Positions 47,022 through 55,880 of a DNA stretch of 64,000 nucleotides are shown one piece after another. The stretch spans positions 15,227-79,226 of the forward strand of contig JAIRYE010000010.1 of NCBI GenBank assembly GCA_031267915.1, read 5' to 3'. Under the pieces are notes generated by a model. It searched no databases. It saw only the letters and a list, made by a program, of their open reading frames with translations, and had not been told where the DNA came from. The position numbers were made by a program, and so were the translations under genes. This DNA comes from Puniceicoccales bacterium (GTDB lineage Bacteria; Verrucomicrobiota; Verrucomicrobiia; Opitutales; JAIRKQ01). The number at the start of each line of letters is the position of its first letter. Position 1 is the first letter of the stretch.

Positions 47022-48365
47022 ATGAAGTACTTCGGAACAGACGGCATACGCGGAAAATACGGGAAATTCCCCATCAGCGAAGAGTTTTTCACCAGGCTTG
47101 GATCTGCCATCGAAAAATTCTTCCTGGTGAAGTGTGGCAGAAAAAATCTAACGATTTGCGTTGGCAGGGATACACGAAGATCAGGGATATCACTGTTTAG
47201 AGCTTTGTTTCAGGGATTTTCAGGAGCAACACAGATATTGGACTGCAAAATTTTGCCAACTCCGGCGATTTCGAGCGCAGTGGTTTTCACGAAATCCGAC
47301 GCGGGAATTGTACTCACGGCATCCCACAATCCTAGCTCCGACAATGGAGTGAAAATTTTCAATGCACGCGGAGAAAAGCTTTCCATTGACGAAGAGGAAG
47401 AAATGGAAGGAATGCTCGAGCAGCTGCCGAATAATACTTTGCACGCACCTGAAGTGGTAGATTTTCACAGCAGAGCACAGCAAATCTACTGCAATAAGTA
47501 CAAAAATTTTTTGCCAAAAGGCGCGCTTTCTGGAAAAACGATAGCCCTAGACTCTGCGAATGGTGCCACTTCCAGAGTTGCAGGAAAGATTTTCAGGAAT
47601 CTCGGATTGAATGTGATTCAAATTGGAAGCACTCCGAATGGCACCAACATAAATGAAAACTGTGGGAGCGAGTACCCGCAGAATCTGACAAACTTCATGA
47701 AAAAAAACGATGCATTTGCCGGCATCGCCTTTGATGGAGATGGCGACCGCGTAGTAATTTTTGATGAAACTGGTGAAAAAATCGCCGGGGATGTGCTCAT
47801 CGGGCGCATAGCTGTTCACATGGCAAAAAAAAATAACCTGCCGAACGGAACGATTGTTACGACGATACAGAGCAACATGGGACTAGACAAATACCTAGAA
47901 TTGAATGGGATAGGCGTAATTCGCTGCGACGTCGGAGATAGAAATGTCTACCAGGAGATGCTGAAAAATCACTGTCACTTCGGTGGAGAAAACTCCGGGC
48001 ATTTGATTTTTGAAAAATTTTCTCCCATTGGAGATGGCATAACGGCGGCCTTGTATGTGCTTTCGATAGTGGCTGAGGAAAACATTGAATTATCAAATTT
48101 AAAAACAAACATTGCCTTATTCCCACAAAAATCTTTTAATGTGCCTGTGAGCAAAAAAATTCCAAATTCAGAGCTTGAAGACATCATCTCAAAGGCACAG
48201 TCCAACTTATCTTCTGGTAGCCGAATAGTGGTGCGCAATTCTGGAACTGAGCCGTTCTTGCGAATTACAGTGGAGGCCGAATCCGAGGGTGAAGTTGATC
48301 ATACGTGGGATGGACTGAAGCGGTCAATTCTTGAAAGGGTAAAGGATACTCCATCTTTTTTTTAG
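47022..48365 (+). CDS. glmM: Phosphoglucosamine mutase
   Basis: MKYFGTDGIRGKYG, active site TASHNPSSDNGVK, FDGDGDR and GGENSGH. Confidence 0.95.
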   Translation: MKYFGTDGIRGKYGKFPISEEFFTRLGSAIEKFFLVKCGRKNLTICVGRDTRRSGISLFRALFQGFSGATQILDCKILPTPAISSAVVFTKSDAGIVLTASHNPSSDNGVKIFNARGEKLSIDEEEEMEGMLEQLPNNTLHAPEVVDFHSRAQQIYCNKYKNFLPKGALSGKTIALDSANGATSRVAGKIFRNLGLNVIQIGSTPNGTNINENCGSEYPQNLTNFMKKNDAFAGIAFDGDGDRVVIFDETGEKIAGDVLIGRIAVHMAKKNNLPNGTIVTTIQSNMGLDKYLELNGIGVIRCDVGDRNVYQEMLKNHCHFGGENSGHLIFEKFSPIGDGITAALYVLSIVAEENIELSNLKTNIALFPQKSFNVPVSKKIPNSELEDIISKAQSNLSSGSRIVVRNSGTEPFLRITVEAESEGEVDHTWDGLKRSILERVKDTPSFF

Positions 48366-48368
48366 TCC

Positions 48369-49067
48369 ATGCAAAACCAGCAAGAACAGGCAGAAAATGA
48401 TATTCTGACGCGAGCCAGAAGGGCCATAGGGGAAAGTAATTTTACCTATGCCAAATTTCTATACAAGGGAGCACTGGAGATCAATCCTCAGGATAACGCT
48501 GCCAGGTATGAACTACATAAGCTGAGAGAAGCAGTCAGCGATGATGTTTCCATTTTTGGCAAAGCAAAGTTCGCTTTCCACGCGCTGAAAATGCTTTTCC
48601 ACAGAATCACGCTGAATCACAATGGAATGATCCGCGAAGCCGAAAATTTATTGGACATTGACAAAACGAGTAATTTTGCCCTGCGGAGCATGCTCCACGC
48701 AGCCTATTCCGCAGGATACTACAAGCTGGTAACTTTCATATCGAAACAGGTAATTGAACTGGGGTCTGGCATTGATGATATGATAATCATTGCAAAATCA
48801 TTTCTAAATGAGAAAATTTTTGATCAGGCTACGAAAATTGCCAAGGAAGCAGCAGCAATTGATCCGGAAAATGAGGAAGCCAAGGGGATACTTTGGCAGG
48901 CGTCAGTTGAAAAACACATAAATTCTGATGTGCAACTGATAACCGCCGGAGGAGAAGGACGGTTCGTTCCTCCAAAAGTGGATGCCACAAAAATTTTCAT
49001 AGCTTCCCACAAGGAGGCAAATGATGGGAGGAAAAGCGATAATGGGAAAGGTGTGGCAAAACCCTAG
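48369..49067 (+). CDS. Hypothetical TPR-like helical repeat protein
   Basis: 232 aa starting 3 nt after the glmM stop. FTYAKFLYKGALEINPQDNAARYEL and AKEAAAIDPENEEAKGIL look like TPR-type helix pairs. Confidence 0.5.
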   Translation: MQNQQEQAENDILTRARRAIGESNFTYAKFLYKGALEINPQDNAARYELHKLREAVSDDVSIFGKAKFAFHALKMLFHRITLNHNGMIREAENLLDIDKTSNFALRSMLHAAYSAGYYKLVTFISKQVIELGSGIDDMIIIAKSFLNEKIFDQATKIAKEAAAIDPENEEAKGILWQASVEKHINSDVQLITAGGEGRFVPPKVDATKIFIASHKEANDGRKSDNGKGVAKP

Positions 49068-49995
49068 GGCGGATGAAAAGAGTAAAATCGTCATTGGACT
49101 TTGCACATTCAATCGCCATGGACCACTGAAGGAGGCTTTGGACAGTCTCTCCAGAATAAGTCTACCTCCGGGGGTAGATGTTGAATTCGTTCTCATTGAC
49201 AATGATGCCAACGGCGGTGCGAAATACATTTTCGATGCCTATGTTCCCGAAATACCATTTCTGAGCCACTACTTCGTGGAAAAAAATCGTGGACTTGCCA
49301 ATGTTCGAAATCGAGTGCTACAGGAGGCTTTGGCTTTAAATGCAACTGAGATTGCGATGTTTGACGATGATGAAATCGTCAGTGACACGTGGCTGGTTGA
49401 GCTACATAAAGCATTCAAGCAGGCCGATGCCGATGGCGCGTACGGTACGGTTTACAGAGCACTGCCACTTCATTCTCCGAAGATTTTAAAAAAATTTTGG
49501 CAGGGAAGGAAAAGGCTAGCGGAAAATTCAATCCACATGCTGGGAACAAACAATTGCCTCTTCTCCGTGGATCTGGTTAGGCCTGGCGGGAAAAACATTC
49601 GCTTCAATGAAATGTTTAATTTTTCCGGACGGGAAGACGTGGTTTTTTTCTTTGACGCACAGCTAAAAGGGGCGACCTTTTGCAGAGCTCCGGAAGCAAT
49701 TGTGATAGAAAAATTTTCCGAAGAAAGAAGCACATTTAAATATTTATTCCGGCGCTGGTTTGAAGCAGGACTTTCGGATGTGGCGCTGGTGAAATACTAC
49801 AAATTTGGCGGGATAACCCGCACGCTGAAGGAAGTATTTTTCACCATCCCGTTCGGATTTTTAATCATGCCATTTTCCATTCTGTGTGGATTTCACAGAT
49901 TTCTGCGCATCGCTTTGGGAATAACTTCCTCATTTGGATGGCTGTGCGGATTATTCGGGAAAACGGCAAATTATTACTTGGCTCACACAGACTAG
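49021..49995 (+). CDS. Glycosyltransferase family 2
   Basis: IVIGLCTFNRHGPLKEALDSL...VLIDNDANGG...FDDDE (DxD-like). Start uncertain (49021, 49024 or 49042). It overlaps the upstream ORF. Confidence 0.7.
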   Translation: MMGGKAIMGKVWQNPRADEKSKIVIGLCTFNRHGPLKEALDSLSRISLPPGVDVEFVLIDNDANGGAKYIFDAYVPEIPFLSHYFVEKNRGLANVRNRVLQEALALNATEIAMFDDDEIVSDTWLVELHKAFKQADADGAYGTVYRALPLHSPKILKKFWQGRKRLAENSIHMLGTNNCLFSVDLVRPGGKNIRFNEMFNFSGREDVVFFFDAQLKGATFCRAPEAIVIEKFSEERSTFKYLFRRWFEAGLSDVALVKYYKFGGITRTLKEVFFTIPFGFLIMPFSILCGFHRFLRIALGITSSFGWLCGLFGKTANYYLAHTD

Positions 49996-50163
49996 ACTCG
50001 GGCGTCAAGCAAATCGCAAAAACAAATCATTGAATTTCCCTGGGCTCTCCGGGAATCACCCCGCCATGGCAAAAACCACAGATCAAACTCCAAGAGCAAC
50101 TCCTGGAGCTCGTGCTTCCCTTCCATCGGCGCTCTTTTGCGATAAAAAACTATGTGAAAAGGT

Positions 50164-51270
50164 TTATTTTTCCGTTGGAGCAGAAATTCCAATCTCAACA
50201 TAGACGACCTCCTTGAGATTCGGCGTATTCACACTGCGATTGCTCGAGCTGCGGCTGTCGTCATACTCTTTTTCTATTCCTACCATGCTGCTGACTGGAT
50301 AAGCCGAAACGGGTTCAGTGGCAGACTTTTTCACGGAGTCAATAAATTGGCCAGCAGTCATTTTACCAATGCCATATGGCAATCCCTCCGTGCATTCATT
50401 CAGTTTGTCTATGAAAGCTGGACACCCTATAGGGTACATGGTTGTTCCAATACGATCTTCCAATAGTAATAAAAAATTTTGTTCCAAATCATTCTGACTC
50501 TTGGAATTTATGTACATAACAGAATTCATCCCTGGCAAACCTATTTCATATTGAATTCTATCGAAGGAAGAATTTTGCACCTGGCCCACATTATTTGTGT
50601 TAGCGGGGACGCCAAAGTAATATTTGGCAAAAACGACAACTACCCCAAATTTTTTCGCGATTTCAATCGCCATACTGCTTCCATTGACAGCCAAATCCAT
50701 GTTTTTGCGACGCTTGAATTCTGTGACAGTATTCTCTATGCGCTTTTGATCCTCAAAGGTGTAAGATCCTTTAAATTGACGTGAAACATCTAGTGGAGTT
50801 TTGATAAGATGCGAATCTATGTTGCGTTTTTTCCAAGCATCTTCCACATTACTATAAGTAACCATGGTTGGCATGCCGAGTGGAGGCGGGACAATGTATA
50901 ATGGAAACTGCATATGGAAACAATTTTTGCTGGCGTCCCCGGAGAATGATGGCAAGTTGCTGGAGGTATTCGAATTTGCATAGGAATCAGCGAGATTAAC
51001 TGGCGCATAATCAGCTATACTTTTAAAAGGCAAATGGGCATTGGAGTTGCAGTAATTAATGTTGTTGAAACTGCTGGTATTATTGTTGTTGTCGCTGCTG
51101 GTATTAGCAAAACTCACACTGCTGTTCTGATTGGGTGAAATGTGAAAATTGCTGAAGCAGTCAGACAATTCCTTATCGATCTTCGCACTATCCTCAATTT
51201 TCGAGGAGGAAGGTGGGCCATAGTTAATCTTCGCTTCCGTGTTAATGGCTTTCCCGTAATTATTAAACAT
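50164..51270 (-). CDS. Hypothetical protein with an Asn/Ser-rich N-terminal third (effector-like)
   Basis: 368-aa ORF with an ATG start. The N terminus is MFNNYGKAINTEAKINYGPPSSS...SSDNNNNTSSFNNINYCNSN, and the C-terminal ~230 aa look globular. No motif recognised. Confidence 0.55.
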   Translation of the reverse strand: MFNNYGKAINTEAKINYGPPSSSKIEDSAKIDKELSDCFSNFHISPNQNSSVSFANTSSDNNNNTSSFNNINYCNSNAHLPFKSIADYAPVNLADSYANSNTSSNLPSFSGDASKNCFHMQFPLYIVPPPLGMPTMVTYSNVEDAWKKRNIDSHLIKTPLDVSRQFKGSYTFEDQKRIENTVTEFKRRKNMDLAVNGSSMAIEIAKKFGVVVVFAKYYFGVPANTNNVGQVQNSSFDRIQYEIGLPGMNSVMYINSKSQNDLEQNFLLLLEDRIGTTMYPIGCPAFIDKLNECTEGLPYGIGKMTAGQFIDSVKKSATEPVSAYPVSSMVGIEKEYDDSRSSSNRSVNTPNLKEVVYVEIGISAPTEK

Positions 51271-51363
51271 AATCTGGCAAGCATATCAATCTTTCGGCGC
51301 CGTGTCAAGCGAAATTAACTTTAATTTGCTAGCTTAAAAATTTTCACACCAGCTGAATGCACA

Positions 51364-51951
51364 TCACATTGGAGCTGTGCAGTTGTCTTCCCCTTCCTCA
51401 GAAGCAGCTCTCAGAAACATGGTAATTAGGCATATATTTGTAAGGATTGAAACGTTTGCTTTTAGGCAATTTGACATTTTTCGAACAATGGACTCAAATT
51501 TTGTGGAACATCCACTGTGGCAACTGGCAAGCATATCAGGAAATTTTTGCAGGCAATCGTACCATCTTTCGCTCGAGTAGGCAAAGGGATATGGTCTGTT
51601 GCATCCGGGAAAATACATTTCGTGTCTGTATCCTCCAAAACATTCTGCGCTGTTCAACGGAATATCGACCCTAAATATGAGCAGTATAACAACATTTCTA
51701 CTATTGGCAAGTCGGCATAGAAGTTCTTTTGGACCTGAATTACAGTCAGTATTGCCAGAAAAACTTGGACTCCGCCAATTTGAGATAAAATTCTTATAAG
51801 TTTTGTAGAGGCAGTCGTACTGCACAACATCTGTGGCATTCGTCAACATTGTCGCCGGAAACATCTGCTGCTGCGAAATTGTTAAGTCCAAAAACTGACT
51901 CGCAACACCAGATAAACCACTAAACATACCACGCTCCACGAATAAATTCAC
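51364..51951 (-). CDS. Hypothetical Cys-rich protein, start overlapping the pal stop
   Basis: 195-aa ORF (GTG at 51951, ATG 8 codons later) with 11 Cys. It is the longest ORF in this interval, but I see no signal peptide and no homology. Confidence 0.35.
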   Translation of the reverse strand: MNLFVERGMFSGLSGVASQFLDLTISQQQMFPATMLTNATDVVQYDCLYKTYKNFISNWRSPSFSGNTDCNSGPKELLCRLANSRNVVILLIFRVDIPLNSAECFGGYRHEMYFPGCNRPYPFAYSSERWYDCLQKFPDMLASCHSGCSTKFESIVRKMSNCLKANVSILTNICLITMFLRAASEEGEDNCTAPM

Positions 51952-52490
51952 TGCAATCTGTGAATTACAATGTCACAACGCCTGTCCTGCACGGCTTTAT
52001 CTTTGGTTCCCACATCTTTATTTGCTCTGCGTGATCCGAGTGATGCCGTCGTGATTCTGTCATCGCCAGCGCCAAGTGAGGCAAGAGCATCGCGGACAGC
52101 CTCCGCTCTTCGTTTTCCGAGCGAATAATTGTACTTTTCAGTGCCAAATTTGTCACAATTCCCCACCACAATAATGTGCAGTGATTTGTTTTTCGAAAGA
52201 ATTTGGGCAACGCTCTCAATTTTTTTCAATTCTCTGCCTGAAATTTTCACACTGTCAAAACCAAAATACAACGACTCAATCACATCGGCGGCAGTGTAAT
52301 TGTATTCCGTCTTTTGGGAGTCAAACCCATAGGCAACGCAGTGATTTTCATCGCCTATAAAACATTCATCCGAACAATTATAATCCGCCAAAACAGTATC
52401 CCCTGGAGCCAATCCACTTTGATTCGAAGCGCATCCACCAAGCATGGTTACCACGCACAAAAACAGAGCACATTTTTCAATTTTACGCAT
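51948..52490 (-). CDS. pal: Peptidoglycan-associated lipoprotein (Pal), OmpA C-terminal-domain family
   Basis: Lipobox TMLGGCAS, then an OmpA-like domain: FGFDS..I......L......L.....L.IVVGNCD..GTEKYNYSLGKRRAEAVRDAL. Confidence 0.8.
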   Translation of the reverse strand: MRKIEKCALFLCVVTMLGGCASNQSGLAPGDTVLADYNCSDECFIGDENHCVAYGFDSQKTEYNYTAADVIESLYFGFDSVKISGRELKKIESVAQILSKNKSLHIIVVGNCDKFGTEKYNYSLGKRRAEAVRDALASLGAGDDRITTASLGSRRANKDVGTKDKAVQDRRCDIVIHRLQ

Positions 52491-52609
52491 GAGTTGGCAC
52501 AAATAGTAAATGTATTTTTTTCATGTCAATTTAAATAATATCATCTGTTGATTTTTTGTCAAAATTTCGCAGGCTCTGCGCAGAAATTTTCCAGCGGAGT
52601 AGGAACATA

Positions 52610-54874
52610 ATGGAGCTACCTGATCAAATGCAGCGCAATACTTTTACCGAAGAACTCGAAAAGAATTTTTCAGTCATTGCCTCAGCCGGCGCTGGGAAAA
52701 CAACCGCCATAGCCGAAAGAATAGCAAATTTTATTCTGCGGGATGCGCAGATGCAGTCGGATGACAACTCCCTGGCCAAAAAATTTCTCGCCGTTACGTA
52801 CACCGAAAAAGCTGCAATGGAAATAAGAGATCGTGTTTTTTCTAAAATTTTTGGGAAAACGGAGCATTCTCCGCAGCTGCGATGGACATGTGTGAGGCGT
52901 ATGAAGTTTGCATTTTTTGGAACAATACATGCATTTGCATCGAAATTTCTGAGGGCGCATTGCGCGCTACTCGGCTTGCGCAATGACTTCGAAATCGCAA
53001 AAAATGAGGAAACTCTGTGGCAGGAATTTATTTCCGGCTTCGGCGACGTTCTGGGGGTAATTCCGAATGAACTCCGCGATGATTTTTTATGCACCCACGA
53101 CGCCAATGAGCTACTGAAACACGCCAAGAATTATAATCCGGAAATGGCCGTCGACATTGGGAAAATGCCACCGATAAACCTCGAAAACATTTTGGCCCAT
53201 AGGCCACGGAATAGCGAAAGCAGAACAAAATATTTTCTGCAACTTTTGGAAGAATGGGATTTTTTTCGCAGGAGAAGAGAGTATTTTCCCATGCCAGATT
53301 GTTTGGGAATTTGCAACAGTAGACCTTTCATCGAACTTTGCCAGAGTGAATTGAATTTTTTTTTACGCTGGAAGGAAAATTCCGAGAATTTTTTCCTGGG
53401 CAGGATCGCACGAGCCTACAGAGAATTTCGAATAAAATCTGGTAAATTAATCTGCGATGATTTGATAAATTTATCCGTTGCCCTGCTGCCGAAACAAATT
53501 GTCGTTGCCGAAATAGAGAGGTCTCCCCATCGCGTCATTCTGGACGAAGCACAGGATACCGACCCGCAGCAATTTCGTCTTCTCCTGGGAGTTTGCCAGA
53601 AAATACTTCGCAATGGAATTTCCATGGATACGGGGGGAAATTTTCCTGGGAATGGCTATTTTTCGATGGTTGGAGATCCGCAGCAGTCCATCTATTGCGA
53701 CAGAGCGAGCGTTAAAATTTACAGCAAACTGCATGATTCCTTCGTGCAAACCGGAGCAGCCAATTCGCTAACATTTTCGGTCACAATGCGGTGTCCGAAA
53801 GCGGTGGTAAATTTCGCCAATGAAAAATTTTCCAACATTTCCTTGGGCGTAGATTTCATCCGGCTGGTGGCGAAACCGAATAGCTTTCCGGGAGAAGTCG
53901 ACATTTTAAAGCTGAAGAGTCAAAAGGGTGATAAAATTCGCTGCTCGGCATCCCAGACAGCTGAGTTTTTCAGAGGAAAAACTCTCTCCGATTTTGGAGT
54001 GGATAAATGGGCGGACATCGCGATTCTAGCTCCGCGAAAAGATTGGCTGCTGGACATTTATAAATATTTTTCGACGGGAAAGCAACTCCCCGAGGCCCAG
54101 CTGCACTTTGAAAGTGCAAATGAAATCGACGCATCGCCAATTCGCTGGCTATCCTCCTGCCTGAGATACATCAATAATTCCGCAGACCAGCGGGAATTTG
54201 CAGGAATTTTGCGAGAAATTTTTGGCATAAAAAGTCAGGAAATCATCAATCATTTCAGATACGCCGGCAGTCCCCTCTGTGCGAGTATTGATGCCATGTT
54301 TACAGAGGTGCGCAGGGGAAGAAACACTCTTCCTCTGGCGAAATTTTTACTGGGCATTTTGGACCGCTTTAAAATTTTTCAGCGCATCGAAGCTCTCCAT
54401 ATCTACTCCGGAGAGAATTTTTCGGCGCTACTAAAGCAAACGATTGAACTGTGCTATTTTGCAGAAGCAAGTGGCATGCACACCGTTGAAGCTGAAAATT
54501 TTCTGACTGAAAAAATCAGTACGCAAAAAAAATCAGAGAATATCAATGCGTCGGCCGTGCAGTTCATCACATTTCACAAAAGTAAGGGGCTTGAATGGCC
54601 GATCGTGCTGCTGCCATTCCTCTATCGCCGACGCCAATTACACGGAAATGCCTCACCGAAGTCTCCAGCGGCGGAGGAAAAGTTCGGCGAGCTGCTCAGC
54701 AACGAGTGCAGATTGCTATATGTGGCTTGCACGCGGGCGCGAAGAAAACTTCTCCTGCTGGATGACCATGAAGTTTTCCGAAAAAACTTGACCTCCAATG
54801 CCATTTCTTCCGGAGAAATTTTGTTCGAAAGCACGCTGCACGCGGGCGCGGAGGAAACTTCTCCCGCTGGATGA
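52610..54874 (+). CDS. UvrD/PcrA/AddA-like superfamily 1 DNA helicase (no nuclease domain seen)
   Basis: Walker A ASAGAGKTTAI, motif II VILDEAQDTDPQQ, GDPQQSIY, and motif VI LLYVACTRARRKL. The 3' end lies inside a 109-bp tandem repeat. The start is taken at ATG 52610. Confidence 0.8.
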   Translation: MELPDQMQRNTFTEELEKNFSVIASAGAGKTTAIAERIANFILRDAQMQSDDNSLAKKFLAVTYTEKAAMEIRDRVFSKIFGKTEHSPQLRWTCVRRMKFAFFGTIHAFASKFLRAHCALLGLRNDFEIAKNEETLWQEFISGFGDVLGVIPNELRDDFLCTHDANELLKHAKNYNPEMAVDIGKMPPINLENILAHRPRNSESRTKYFLQLLEEWDFFRRRREYFPMPDCLGICNSRPFIELCQSELNFFLRWKENSENFFLGRIARAYREFRIKSGKLICDDLINLSVALLPKQIVVAEIERSPHRVILDEAQDTDPQQFRLLLGVCQKILRNGISMDTGGNFPGNGYFSMVGDPQQSIYCDRASVKIYSKLHDSFVQTGAANSLTFSVTMRCPKAVVNFANEKFSNISLGVDFIRLVAKPNSFPGEVDILKLKSQKGDKIRCSASQTAEFFRGKTLSDFGVDKWADIAILAPRKDWLLDIYKYFSTGKQLPEAQLHFESANEIDASPIRWLSSCLRYINNSADQREFAGILREIFGIKSQEIINHFRYAGSPLCASIDAMFTEVRRGRNTLPLAKFLLGILDRFKIFQRIEALHIYSGENFSALLKQTIELCYFAEASGMHTVEAENFLTEKISTQKKSENINASAVQFITFHKSKGLEWPIVLLPFLYRRRQLHGNASPKSPAAEEKFGELLSNECRLLYVACTRARRKLLLLDDHEVFRKNLTSNAISSGEILFESTLHAGAEETSPAG

Positions 54875-54979
54875 CCATGAAATTTTCCGGAAAAACTTGA
54901 CCTCCAATGCCATTTCTTCCGGAGAAATTTTGTTCGAAAGCACGCTGCACGCGGGCGCGGAGGAAATTCTGCGCTGCGG
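54729..54979 (+). repeat. Tandem repeat, 109-bp unit, about 2.3 copies
   Basis: gcacgcgggcgcg.ag.aaacttctcc.gctggatgaccatgaa.ttttccg.aaaaacttgacctccaatgccatttcttccggagaaattttgttcgaaagcacgct begins at 54729 and 54838, with a partial copy at 54947. The copies are near-identical. Confidence 0.9.
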
Positions 54980-55064
54980 TGGTGCTCGAGGAGGGACTCG
55001 AACCCTCAAGCCCTAGGGCACCAGATCCTAAGTCTGGCGTGTTTGCCAATTTCACCACTCGAGC
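54980..55064 (-). tRNA. tRNA-Leu (anticodon TAG), long variable arm, CCA encoded
   Basis: The reverse complement reads GCTCGAG-TG-GTGAAATTGGCAAACAC-G-CCAGA-CTTAGGA-TCTGG-TGCCCTAGGGCTT-GAGGG-TTCGAGT-CCCTC-CTCGAGC-A-CCA. Confidence 0.9.
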
Positions 55065-55116
55065 AATTGCAGAAACGATAAATTCATTGGTAGTGAAAAA
55101 TTTTCAAAAAGGAGCA

Positions 55117-55515
55117 TCATTTAAAAAACCGTGCAATTTCCTTGCCCGCTGCTTCTCTGCTGTCAGACGCGTGGGCAATGTTAACCATTTTGTCAAATCC
55201 GAAGTCTCCACGAATGGTCCCAGCCGCTGCCTTTTGAGAATCGGTGGGTCCCAAAAGATTTCTGACTCGCTCGACCGCGTTGTTTCCTTCGATTGCCATG
55301 ATCATCACAGGAGCCGAGCTCATGAATGCTTCAATTTCTGGGAAAAAGGGAAGGTGAGTCAGATGCGCGTAATGCTCCCTGAGAATAGGAGCGTCCAGGG
55401 CCATGATTTTACATGCAGTGATTTCCAATCCTGCATTTTCAAGCCTGGCAATAATCTGCCCGACCAGCTTCCTTCTCATGCAATCAGGCTTCAAAATAAC
55501 CAGTGACTGTTCCAT
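55117..55515 (-). CDS. ndk: Nucleoside diphosphate kinase
   Basis: LVILKPD, GPTDS, GTIRGDFG and NIAHASDS (active-site His). Confidence 0.9.
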   Translation of the reverse strand: MEQSLVILKPDCMRRKLVGQIIARLENAGLEITACKIMALDAPILREHYAHLTHLPFFPEIEAFMSSAPVMIMAIEGNNAVERVRNLLGPTDSQKAAAGTIRGDFGFDKMVNIAHASDSREAAGKEIARFFK

Positions 55516-55880
55516 AAATTTTTACCACTTTCTTTGTCTATCCTTCCCGGGAGTAAAATACCACCGAGCGTGACAAATCGCAACCGTCTGGCCCAGGCCA
55601 GCTCCCCGGAGAAAAAAACTTCCACTGAAACTGAGATGATAAATTCGTCGCAAATGTCCATAAAAATTTACTCCCAGACGTAATAAAGGCTCGGCGGATA
55701 TGCTTAAATTTCTACTGCACACATCAGGATTGGCCAAAAGTATTAAAAAAACGAAATTTTTGCTGCAAAAAATATGTGAAAAAATATGATGCAATGTGTT
55801 TTTTACATGGAAAAATGCGGAGTTGGTGTGAAAATAATTGACTAGCCTCTCATTATAAGACACCACTGACTGATGGTATT

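Noticed and set aside
46874-47110. 78-aa minus-strand ORF
   Set aside because: It overlaps tRNA-Val and the 5' end of glmM.
54907-55506. 199-aa plus-strand ORF
   Set aside because: It starts in the tandem repeat, reads straight through tRNA-Leu and then runs antisense to ndk, so it is not credible as a gene.
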